Positions 56,228 through 64,000 of a stretch of 64,000 bases of DNA are shown in pieces (within the stretch, counting starts at the first letter, position 1; each line of letters begins with the position of its first letter). Below the pieces are notes generated by a model. That model did no database searches. It was not told the DNA's origin and worked only from the letters and a program-made list of their open reading frames with translations. The translations under genes were made by a program, and so were the position numbers. Source of the stretch: an uncultured Aquabacterium sp. (GTDB lineage: Bacteria > Pseudomonadota > Gammaproteobacteria > Burkholderiales > Burkholderiaceae_C). Location: assembly GCA_964554655.1 (NCBI GenBank), contig CAZKPN010000006.1:19909-83908 (forward strand), read 5' to 3'.

Positions 56228-57160
56228 ATGCTCCCTCAACACGTCACCCTCGTCGAAGTCGGCCCACGCGATGGCCTGCAGAACGAAGCCCAAACCGTCA
56301 GCGCTGTCGACAAGATCGAACTTGTGCACCGCTTGCAGCAAGCGGGCCTGAAGCAAATCGAAGTCACCAGCTTTGTCAGCCCCAAGTGGGTGCCGCAGAT
56401 GGGCGACAACGCCCAGGTCATGGCCGGCCTCCAGCGCCAGCCCGGCGTGCGCTACTCGGTGCTCACGCCCAACCTGAAGGGCTTTGAAGGCGCCTTGGCC
56501 GCCAAGGCCGACGAGGTCGTGATCTTCGCGGCCGCCAGCGAAGCCTTCAGCCAGCGCAACATCAACTGCTCGATTGCGGAATCCATTGAACGCTTCAGGC
56601 CTGTGGTGGCGGCCGCCCACGCGAACGGCATGAAGGTGCGCTCGGCCGTGTCTTGCGCACTGGGCTGCCCCTACCAGGGCGAGGTCAGCCTCGACCAAGT
56701 CGACGAGGTGGTGCAACGCCTGCTGGACATCGGCGCCGACCACATCGGCATCGCCGACACCATTGGCGTGGGCACGGCGGGCCGGGTCACTGACGTGATG
56801 GCGCGGGCCCTCAAGCGGGTGCCCATTGCCGAGCTGAGCGGCCACTTCCACGACACCTACGGCCAGGCCCTGACCAACATCCACGCCTGCCTGCAATTGG
56901 GCATCCACACCTTTGACAGCAGCATCGCTGGTTTGGGCGGCTGCCCTTATGCCAAGGGCGCCACCGGCAATGTGGCCACCGAAGACGTGGTCTACCTGCT
57001 GCACGGCCTGGGCATCCACACCGGCCTGGACCTGGCCCTGCTGGTCGACGCTGGCGCTTTCATTTCCAACGTGCTGGGCCGCAAGCCGGTCTCGCGCGTG
57101 AGCAACGCCTTGCTGGCCAAAAGATCAGCGCCAACCCAAGCGGCACAGACCGCGGCCTGA
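56228..57160 (+). CDS. liuE: Hydroxymethylglutaryl-CoA lyase
   Basis: [20 protein letters not shown] and [14 protein letters not shown]. Confidence 0.95.
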   Translation: MLPQHVTLVEVGPRDGLQNEAQTVSAVDKIELVHRLQQAGLKQIEVTSFVSPKWVPQMGDNAQVMAGLQRQPGVRYSVLTPNLKGFEGALAAKADEVVIFAAASEAFSQRNINCSIAESIERFRPVVAAAHANGMKVRSAVSCALGCPYQGEVSLDQVDEVVQRLLDIGADHIGIADTIGVGTAGRVTDVMARALKRVPIAELSGHFHDTYGQALTNIHACLQLGIHTFDSSIAGLGGCPYAKGATGNVATEDVVYLLHGLGIHTGLDLALLVDAGAFISNVLGRKPVSRVSNALLAKRSAPTQAAQTAA

Positions 57161-57195
57161 GCAAGCCCCCACCATCCCCACCGAGGAGACACCTC

Positions 57196-58377
57196 ATGCA
57201 CGACCTGCCCGGACTCAACCACCAACTCGGCGACGACATCAACGCCCTGCGCGATGCCGTGCGCCATTTTGCGCAAACCGAGATCGCCCCGCGCGCCGCC
57301 AGCATCGACCGCGAAGACCAGTTCCCCATGGACCTGTGGCGCAAGCTGGGCGACCTGGGCGTGCTGGGCATCACCGCGCCTGAAGAATATGGTGGCGCCA
57401 ACATGGGCTACCTGGCCCACATGGTCGCCATGGAAGAGATCAGCCGGGCCTCGGCCTCGGTGGCTTTGAGCTACGGCGCGCACTCCAACCTGTGCGTCAA
57501 CCAGATCCACCGCACCGGCACCGACTTGCAAAAGCGCAAATACCTGCCCAAGCTGATCACGGGCGAGCACATTGGCGCACTGGCCATGAGCGAGCCGGGC
57601 GCGGGCTCCGACGTGGTCAGCATGAAGCTGCGCGCCGAACTCAAGGGCGACCACTACCTGCTCAACGGCACCAAGATGTGGATCACCAACGGCCCCGATG
57701 CCGACACCCTGGTGGTCTATGCCAAGACCGAGCCCGAGCGCAAGGCGCAGGGCATCACCGCCTTCATCATCGAAAAAGGCATGGCCGGCTTCAGCATCGC
57801 GCAGAAGCTGGACAAGCTGGGCATGCGCGGCTCGAACACCGGCGAGCTGGTGTTCAACAACGTGCGCGTGCCGGTCGAGAACGTGCTGGGCCAGGTCAAT
57901 GGCGGCGTGAAGGTGTTGATGAGCGGGCTGGACTACGAGCGCGCGGTGCTGTCAGGCGGGCCTTTGGGCATCATGCAGGCCGTGATGGACAACGTGGTGC
58001 CCTACATCCACGAGCGCCAGCAGTTCGGCCAAGCCATTGGCGAGTTCCAGTTGATCCAGGGCAAGGTGGCCGATCTTTACACCACCTTGCAGGCCGGGCG
58101 ATCGTTTGCCTACACCGTGGCCAAGAACCTGGATGCCCTGGGGCCGGACCATGCCCGCCAAGTGCGCAAAGACTGCGCCTCCCTGATCCTGTGGTGCGCC
58201 GAGAAAGCCACCTGGATGGCGGGCGAAGGCATCCAGATTTTTGGTGGCAATGGCTACATCAACGACTACCCCTTGGGCAGGTTGTGGCGCGATGCCAAGC
58301 TGTACGAGATCGGTGCGGGCACGTCGGAGATCCGGCGCATGCTGATCGGGCGCGAGCTGTTCAATGAGACCGCTTGA
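57196..58377 (+). CDS. liuA: Isovaleryl-CoA dehydrogenase
   Basis: [37 protein letters not shown] and [12 protein letters not shown]. Confidence 0.94.
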   Translation: MHDLPGLNHQLGDDINALRDAVRHFAQTEIAPRAASIDREDQFPMDLWRKLGDLGVLGITAPEEYGGANMGYLAHMVAMEEISRASASVALSYGAHSNLCVNQIHRTGTDLQKRKYLPKLITGEHIGALAMSEPGAGSDVVSMKLRAELKGDHYLLNGTKMWITNGPDADTLVVYAKTEPERKAQGITAFIIEKGMAGFSIAQKLDKLGMRGSNTGELVFNNVRVPVENVLGQVNGGVKVLMSGLDYERAVLSGGPLGIMQAVMDNVVPYIHERQQFGQAIGEFQLIQGKVADLYTTLQAGRSFAYTVAKNLDALGPDHARQVRKDCASLILWCAEKATWMAGEGIQIFGGNGYINDYPLGRLWRDAKLYEIGAGTSEIRRMLIGRELFNETA

Positions 58378-58392
58378 GGCGCGGGTGAATGG

Positions 58393-59544
58393 TCAGGTGC
58401 TCGCCACCACGGTCTGATTGCGCCCCGAGGCCTTGGCCTGGTAAAGCGCCTTGTCCGCGCGTTCAATCGTTTCGTCCATCGTCTCGCCCAAGCGATGAAC
58501 GGCGATGCCCGCTGAAAACGTCATGCGCAACGCCGGTGCGCTCGCACTGAGCCGCATCCCGGCCAGAACCGAACGCATGCGCTCGACGGCGATGATCGGG
58601 CTGCCCGGCGGCAGGTCGGGCAGCAGCACCAGGAACTCTTCGCCACCCCAGCGCGCCATCACGTCGGTTTCGCGCAGCAAGCACTGGGCCTCGTCGGCAA
58701 AACCCCGCAGCACCTCGTCACCCACGCGGTGGCCCCAGCTGTCATTCACCTGCTTGAAGTGGTCCAGATCGATGTAGGCCAGCGAGAAGGCCAGCATCTC
58801 ACGCTGGCTCAAGGCCGCATGCTGCGCCAGGACATCGAGCATCTTGCGGCGATTGATCAACCCAGTCAGCGGATCACGCGCCGCCATGTCTTGAATGCGC
58901 GCCAGCGCCGAAACCAGATCGGCCGTTTGCCCTCGGAGGTGTTGGCGCATCTTGTGCAGGTGCGCCGCCAGAACCGCCACGGTCGGCACCATCGTCACCA
59001 GGATGATGAAGTACGCCCACTCGACGCGAGGCTGGTAACGCAAGGGGTCATGCAAGCTCTTGGTGGCCATCACCAGCCCCATCACCAGGACGGCATACAG
59101 GCTGGTGATGCGCGCACGCCTTGGGGACAGGTTGAAGGCGCCAAACACCAGCACCAAGGCCACGAACATGAGCAGGCCTCCATGCGCTTCGCTGGTGGCG
59201 CCATAGCAACCGGCAATCCAGGTCAAGGCCGCCAGAACCTGGGGCAAGGTCAATGCCGGATCGGCAAACCGCAGGTTGAAACCAGTGCGCAAGGCCACAT
59301 AAAAGGCCAGGTTCGAGGCGATCATGACGCACGACAAGGCCCACCCCTCAACGGGGTCCATCAGCTCGGTGTGGATCGCATAGGCGATCAGGGCCACACA
59401 CATGACCACCACCAAGGCTGACCAGAGCGAACGCACGATGCGGGTTCGCTGCTCAGGCGCCGAGGTCAGGAAGAAGGTGGCGATCTTGTGCCAGAGCAGA
59501 GGCTCTTTGGGCCCAAGCTGCTGAGCCATGGCATGGGACTGCAC
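58393..59544 (-). CDS. Membrane diguanylate cyclase, paralog of 46040-47179
   Basis: RFADPALTLPQ TM domain; DPLTGLINRR, RETD I-site and GGEEF. Confidence 0.92.
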   Translation of the reverse strand: MQSHAMAQQLGPKEPLLWHKIATFFLTSAPEQRTRIVRSLWSALVVVMCVALIAYAIHTELMDPVEGWALSCVMIASNLAFYVALRTGFNLRFADPALTLPQVLAALTWIAGCYGATSEAHGGLLMFVALVLVFGAFNLSPRRARITSLYAVLVMGLVMATKSLHDPLRYQPRVEWAYFIILVTMVPTVAVLAAHLHKMRQHLRGQTADLVSALARIQDMAARDPLTGLINRRKMLDVLAQHAALSQREMLAFSLAYIDLDHFKQVNDSWGHRVGDEVLRGFADEAQCLLRETDVMARWGGEEFLVLLPDLPPGSPIIAVERMRSVLAGMRLSASAPALRMTFSAGIAVHRLGETMDETIERADKALYQAKASGRNQTVVAST

Positions 59545-59683
59545 GCTCAAGCGCCTGTTTCTGCGAGTGTCATTGGGGCAACTGCTTTTCCATGCGTCAA
59601 TCAAACAGGCTGAATGTGCGGTGTTGCATCAAGTTTGAACAGGATTCCTGGTGACAAGAGGGGTTCGTGCGTGACAACCTCAC

Positions 59684-60838
59684 TCACGGCGCGCCCTTCA
59701 GCAAATCATCCATCATCGCCTTCACCGCCTTCATCTGCGGTGCCGACTGCCTGGCAAAGTTCGGCGCCCCCGGGTTCAAGGCCGCGTACTTCTCGGTGTA
59801 GCCCCAGAAATCCCAGCACCCTTTCGGGTTGAACTGGTACGGGCTGAAGAAGTTGCCCTTGGTGCTGGGCTTGACCTGCGGGTACAGCACCACGATGCGC
59901 CCCGCTTCGGCCCAGCGGTTGTAGCCCGCTTCTTTCACGAACTGCAGGCCAAACTTCTGGCCATCCTGCACAAAGCTCTGCCCTTGCTCGCACCCATGGA
60001 AAGCCACGTGCAAGCGGCACCGGGCACCCGGCTGTTCGCAGGCCTTGGGCACATACACCCAACCGGTGCTGTCCAGACTGCTGAACACGGTGGGGTCATC
60101 GTAGGTGGTCTGCTTGAACTGCTTCAAGGCACCCGCATCGGCCGTGCCGGCTTGCATCGCGGGCGTGCTGGGGTACAGCCATTTCAGCAACTCACCCGCC
60201 GCGTCCACATTGCATTGCGTCAGGAAAGGGGTGTGGGTCAGGCTGCAAGCCTGGGTGGCCAGCGGGCTGGGAAAGCCATGCCCCGCCTCGGGGTTGGCCT
60301 CGTGGTGCACCTGCGCTGCAGGCACGCCCAAACGCTGGTAGAACTTTTCGGCCGCCTTCACCAGTTGGGCGTCCACCACGTGGTCCTGGCCGCCCGAGAA
60401 CAACCAGATGCGGTGGTTCTTCAAGTGGAAGGTGCCATCAATGGCCTGGGCGCTGGTGTTGCCCTTCACCGCCTTCTCGCTGAACGCCAGGTACACATCG
60501 GGGTTGAACACCTGGCAACCCGCGCCCATGGCCTTCATCGCACTCAGCAAGAAGTTCTGCTCGGCCGGGCACGAGCAGTTGAACATGGCGGCCGACACGC
60601 TGCCGCGTGAACAACCATAGGGCCCACCAGCCAACACCGCCGCGCCCGACAAGGACGCCGAGTACGCCACCTGGAACTGCCCGGCCATGTAGGCACCAGA
60701 AGACAGGCCCGACACGGTCACCGCGTCGCGCTGCAAACCCAGCGCGGGCAGGCGGGACAAGGCCTGGGACTGAACAGCCGCGCTCAAGGACAAGCCCATG
60801 AGCACCGCACCAAACCTCAACACTGCTGGGGTGAACAT
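59684..60838 (-). CDS. phaZ: Exported PHB depolymerase, type II catalytic domain, no substrate-binding domain
   Basis: Signal peptide; VTVSGLSSGAYMA lipase box, AGGPYGC, SGGQD (Asp), AGHGFP (His), LHVAFHGC oxyanion His and NPKGCWDFWG. Confidence 0.82.
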   Translation of the reverse strand: MFTPAVLRFGAVLMGLSLSAAVQSQALSRLPALGLQRDAVTVSGLSSGAYMAGQFQVAYSASLSGAAVLAGGPYGCSRGSVSAAMFNCSCPAEQNFLLSAMKAMGAGCQVFNPDVYLAFSEKAVKGNTSAQAIDGTFHLKNHRIWLFSGGQDHVVDAQLVKAAEKFYQRLGVPAAQVHHEANPEAGHGFPSPLATQACSLTHTPFLTQCNVDAAGELLKWLYPSTPAMQAGTADAGALKQFKQTTYDDPTVFSSLDSTGWVYVPKACEQPGARCRLHVAFHGCEQGQSFVQDGQKFGLQFVKEAGYNRWAEAGRIVVLYPQVKPSTKGNFFSPYQFNPKGCWDFWGYTEKYAALNPGAPNFARQSAPQMKAVKAMMDDLLKGAP

Positions 60839-60865
60839 GGGCAAGCTCCGCTGATAAACATTGAT

Positions 60866-60880
60866 TGCTGCATTGCAGCA
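60866..60880. promoter_or_regulatory. PhaR-like operator upstream of phaZ
   Basis: Perfect inverted repeat TGCTGCA-T-TGCAGCA containing CTGC-N3-GCAG, 27 nt upstream of ATG 60838. Confidence 0.65.
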
Positions 60881-60948
60881 TTTTTAAGCAGCTTACCGCC
60901 GACCCACCCCAGGTGTAAAGCCCTGCTGCCCTGCCCGTTCAGTTCAGT

Positions 60949-61428
60949 TCAGAGAAACCGCTCCAGCAAACGCCGCGAAGGCGCGTCCAGCGCCAGCCGG
61001 TCGCGCACTGAAAACTGCACGCCATGGCTGCTGGTGATCAGCAAAGCACCACCCGCCAACCGGCGGATGTCGTCCTCGCTTTTGAGCACGAAGATGGCGG
61101 GGCCACGGTCGGTCGCCACCGCCCAGGTGCTGGGCGTGCCGAAGGTGGACACCGCCTCCAACCGCTCGATCACCGGGGTGAACTCGCGCAGGGCCAGCTC
61201 CTCTTGCAGCATGTGGCGCGGTGCCTCGGGCAGCGCGCTCAGGCGCGTGATCCAGGCCAACTCGTGGCCATGGGTGTCCACCAGCGAGACACCCTCGTCG
61301 GGCGCGGCGATCGGGAAGGCCCGCACCGGCGTCACGCCCTCGTGGTGCACGCCTTGGGCATCGGTGAGCACCAGGCGGCCAAAGGCGTCGCGGGCCAGCG
61401 TGAACATCATCATTACGTCGCCGCTCAT
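60949..61428 (-). CDS. DUF1854 family protein (cyanophycin-cluster associated)
   Basis: VTPVRAFPIAAPDEGVSL, ELALREFTPVI, STFGTPSTW.V.TDRG and F.LKSEDDIRRL; ATGA overlap with the ABC gene. Confidence 0.85.
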   Translation of the reverse strand: MSGDVMMMFTLARDAFGRLVLTDAQGVHHEGVTPVRAFPIAAPDEGVSLVDTHGHELAWITRLSALPEAPRHMLQEELALREFTPVIERLEAVSTFGTPSTWAVATDRGPAIFVLKSEDDIRRLAGGALLITSSHGVQFSVRDRLALDAPSRRLLERFL

Positions 61429-63692
61429 GCCAGAAACTCCTTCTCGGCCTGTTGTTCCTTGCGCGCCTGGGCATCGTACAAGCGCCAGTAGGCGCCCCGT
61501 TGGGCCATCAGCTCGTCGTGCGGTCCCACTTCAACCACGCGGCCCCGGTCCATCACCACCAGGCGATCGGCCTTGCGCAGCGTGGACAGGCGGTGGGCGA
61601 TGGCGATGGTGGTGCGGCCTTGCACCAGGTTGTCCAGCGCCTTCTGAATTTCCTTCTCCGTCTCGGTGTCCACGGAAGAGGTGGCCTCGTCCAGGATCAG
61701 GATGCGCGGATCGATCAGCAGTGCCCGCGCGATCGAGATGCGCTGGCGTTCACCGCCCGACAGGCCCTGGCCGCGCTCGCCCACCAGCGAGTCGTAGCCT
61801 TGCGGCAGGCGCAAGATGAACTCGTGCGCATGTGCGGCGCGAGCCGCCGCCACGATCTCGGCGCGTGTGGCCTCGGGCTTGCCATAGGCGATGTTCTCGG
61901 CGATGGTGCCAAAGAAGAGGAATGGCTCTTGCAGCACCAGCCCGATGTGGCGCCTGAAATCGGCCACGCCCACGCGGCGGATGTCCGTGCCATCGATGCG
62001 GATGGCGCCTTCGCTCACGTCGTAGAAGCGGCAGATCAGGTTGACCAAGGTGCTCTTGCCCGAACCGCTGTGGCCCACCAGGCCGATCATCTCGCCCGGC
62101 TGGATGTCCAGGCTCAGGTCGCGGATCACGGCGCGGCTGCCGTAGCGAAAGCCGATGCCTTCCATCTGCAATCGGCCCTGCACCGTGGGCAGTGCCACCG
62201 GGTGCGTGGGCTCGGGCACGTTCGAGACGTGGTCCAGGATGTCGAAGATGCGCTTGGCGCCGGCCGCCGCTTTTTGCGTGACCGACACGATGCGGCTCAT
62301 CGAATCCAGCCGGCCGTAAAAGCGCCCGATGTAGGCGATGAAAGCGGTGAGCACGCCCACCGTGATCTGCTGGTGCGACACCAGCCAGATGCCAAAGGCC
62401 CACACCACCAGCAGCCCGATCTCGGTCATCAAGGACACCGTGGGAGAGAACAGCGACCAGGTCTTGTTGAGCTTGTCGTTGATCTCCAGGTTGTGCCAGT
62501 TGGCATCCTTGAAGCGCTTGGCCTCGCGCTGCTCTTGCGCAAAGGCCTTGACCACGCGGATGCCGGGGATGGTGTCGGCCAGCACATTGGTGACCTCGCC
62601 CCAGACGCGGTCGATCTTTTCAAAGCCGGTGCGCAGGCGGTCGCGCACCAGATGGATCAGCCAGGCGATGAAGGGCAGCGGCAGCAAAGTCACCAGGGCC
62701 AGCCAGGGGTTGATCGAGAACAGGATGATCGCTGTCATGGTGATCATGAGCACATCGGTGGCGAAATCGAGCGCGTGCAGGGACAGGAAGACGCTGATGC
62801 GGTCCGTCTCGGAGCCGATGCGCGACATCAGATCCCCCGTGCGCTTGGTGCCGAAATACTCCAGCGACAGGTTCAGCAGGTGCTCGAAGGTGGAGGTGCG
62901 CAGGTCCGCGCTGATGCGCTCGGACACCAGGGCCAGCACGTAGGTGCGCGCCCAGCCCAGGCTCCAGGCCAGCAGGGCCGAAATCAGCAAGCCACCCAGC
63001 AAGGCGGCCACATACCAGGTGTCGATGGTCTGGCCACTCTGGAAGGGGATCAGCACCTTGTCCATCAGCGGGATGCTGAGGTAGGGCGGCACCAGGGTGG
63101 CGGCGGTCGAGGCCAGGGTCAGGCCGAATCCCAGCGCCAGTTTGCCCTGGTAGGGCCTGGCAAAGCGCCACAGCCGCAGCAGCACCCAGGTTGAGGGCGG
63201 CTCGTCGACACTGCGGTCGCAGGCGGGGCATTCATCGGTGTCGGGCGGCAGTGGGGCGTGGCAGCTGGGGCACAGCGGCAAGCCGTCGTCATCCAAGGTT
63301 GGCGGGGCGCCGGCTTTCAGCAGTGCCTGCTGGCGGTCGAAAAATGTCTGAAAACCTTGGGCGGCTGGACCCAGGGCCATGGTGAAGTGCCAATGCGCCA
63401 ACCGCTGGTGCACATCGTGCAATTCCAGGGTGCCGACCCCGGCATGGTCAACATGCCGCAAGACCAAGCCGTCGGCCAGGGGCCAGGACCGCCAGGCGCC
63501 GTCTGGGGCGTCCTGGGAGAGAACACGGCGGTCAGTCAGCACCAAAACCCCCTGGGAAAACCGCAAGCGCGGGTCCAGGTCAACCATCAGGGTGGCTAAA
63601 ACGTTCTCTTCTTTTGCAAGCTGGGCCTGCAGGCCTGCCTGAGCGTGTTTGGCCAGGGCCCCGCGAGCGTCAACAGGATGATGATGTTGCAT
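61425..63692 (-). CDS. ABC transporter (TMD+NBD fusion) with extra N-terminal domain and Zn-ribbon, cyanophycin-cluster associated
   Basis: GHSGSGKST, LSGGERQR and ILILDEA; exporter-type TMD; CPSC-x10-CPAC at 63219-63272. Confidence 0.9.
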   Translation of the reverse strand: MQHHHPVDARGALAKHAQAGLQAQLAKEENVLATLMVDLDPRLRFSQGVLVLTDRRVLSQDAPDGAWRSWPLADGLVLRHVDHAGVGTLELHDVHQRLAHWHFTMALGPAAQGFQTFFDRQQALLKAGAPPTLDDDGLPLCPSCHAPLPPDTDECPACDRSVDEPPSTWVLLRLWRFARPYQGKLALGFGLTLASTAATLVPPYLSIPLMDKVLIPFQSGQTIDTWYVAALLGGLLISALLAWSLGWARTYVLALVSERISADLRTSTFEHLLNLSLEYFGTKRTGDLMSRIGSETDRISVFLSLHALDFATDVLMITMTAIILFSINPWLALVTLLPLPFIAWLIHLVRDRLRTGFEKIDRVWGEVTNVLADTIPGIRVVKAFAQEQREAKRFKDANWHNLEINDKLNKTWSLFSPTVSLMTEIGLLVVWAFGIWLVSHQQITVGVLTAFIAYIGRFYGRLDSMSRIVSVTQKAAAGAKRIFDILDHVSNVPEPTHPVALPTVQGRLQMEGIGFRYGSRAVIRDLSLDIQPGEMIGLVGHSGSGKSTLVNLICRFYDVSEGAIRIDGTDIRRVGVADFRRHIGLVLQEPFLFFGTIAENIAYGKPEATRAEIVAAARAAHAHEFILRLPQGYDSLVGERGQGLSGGERQRISIARALLIDPRILILDEATSSVDTETEKEIQKALDNLVQGRTTIAIAHRLSTLRKADRLVVMDRGRVVEVGPHDELMAQRGAYWRLYDAQARKEQQAEKEFLA

Positions 63693-63830
63693 TTTGATTT
63701 CGTAGCGCAATCGCGGATTCTCGCCGAATCGGTGCCACTTGCGGCCAGGGTGGCTGTGAGCAGCCCCCGTGTCCTCAAGCACAATCCCGGGTCACGCGCC
63801 GCCTGAACGGTCGCCAGAACGCACAAGAAC

Positions 63831-64000
63831 ATGACAAGAATGGACGACATCAAACTGCTGCGCATCAATTATTTGCGCGGCCCCAATGTCTGGACCTACC
63901 GCCCCGTGCTGGAAGTCTGGCTGGATTTGGGTTTGCTGGAAGATTACCCCTCCAACCTCCTGCCGGGCTTCAACGACCGGCTGGTGGCGCAGTTGCCGGC
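63831..64000 (+). CDS. cphA: Cyanophycin synthetase family protein, N-terminus (truncated by window edge)
   Basis: MTRMDDIKLLRINYLRGPNVWTYRPVLEVWLDLGLLEDYPSNLLPGFNDRL matches the CphA N-domain start (LRGPN.W...E...SN..PGF.ERL) as recalled; not in the ORF track because no stop is reached. Confidence 0.78.
   Translation, partial: MTRMDDIKLLRINYLRGPNVWTYRPVLEVWLDLGLLEDYPSNLLPGFNDRLVAQLP

Overview
GC-rich betaproteobacterial chromosome segment (Burkholderiales; gene content and style suggest an Aquabacterium/Rubrivivax-like organism, which is inference). It is mostly housekeeping: bioA-bioD, queE-queD, hemA-prfA-prmC-grxD-ubiX, proS/rppH, proB-obgE-rpmA-rplU, ctpA-moeB, dinB, cspA and arfB. It also carries a leucine/isovalerate cluster (TetR-liuBCDE-liuA) divergent from a fused IorAB oxidoreductase, four c-di-GMP enzymes and a hybrid histidine kinase. 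At the right end is a storage-polymer locus: the start of cyanophycin synthetase, divergent from an unusual ABC transporter, DUF1854 and a PHB depolymerase with a PhaR-like operator. I saw no tRNA, rRNA, CRISPR array, transposase or prophage gene. The most unusual signals are the cyanophycin-linked ABC/DUF1854/phaZ module, a histone-H1-like Lys-Ala repeat tail on ObgE, a 54-bp palindromic element inserted in frame in liuD, a 737-aa Cys-rich orphan, a three-repeat beta-barrel protein coupled to a diguanylate cyclase, a Streptomyces-like cholesterol oxidase, a Tat-exported Fe-SOD and a QueD lacking its usual Cys. All family assignments come from motif recognition and memory; no database search was run. 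Several starts were trimmed from the supplied ORF track to the more plausible codon.
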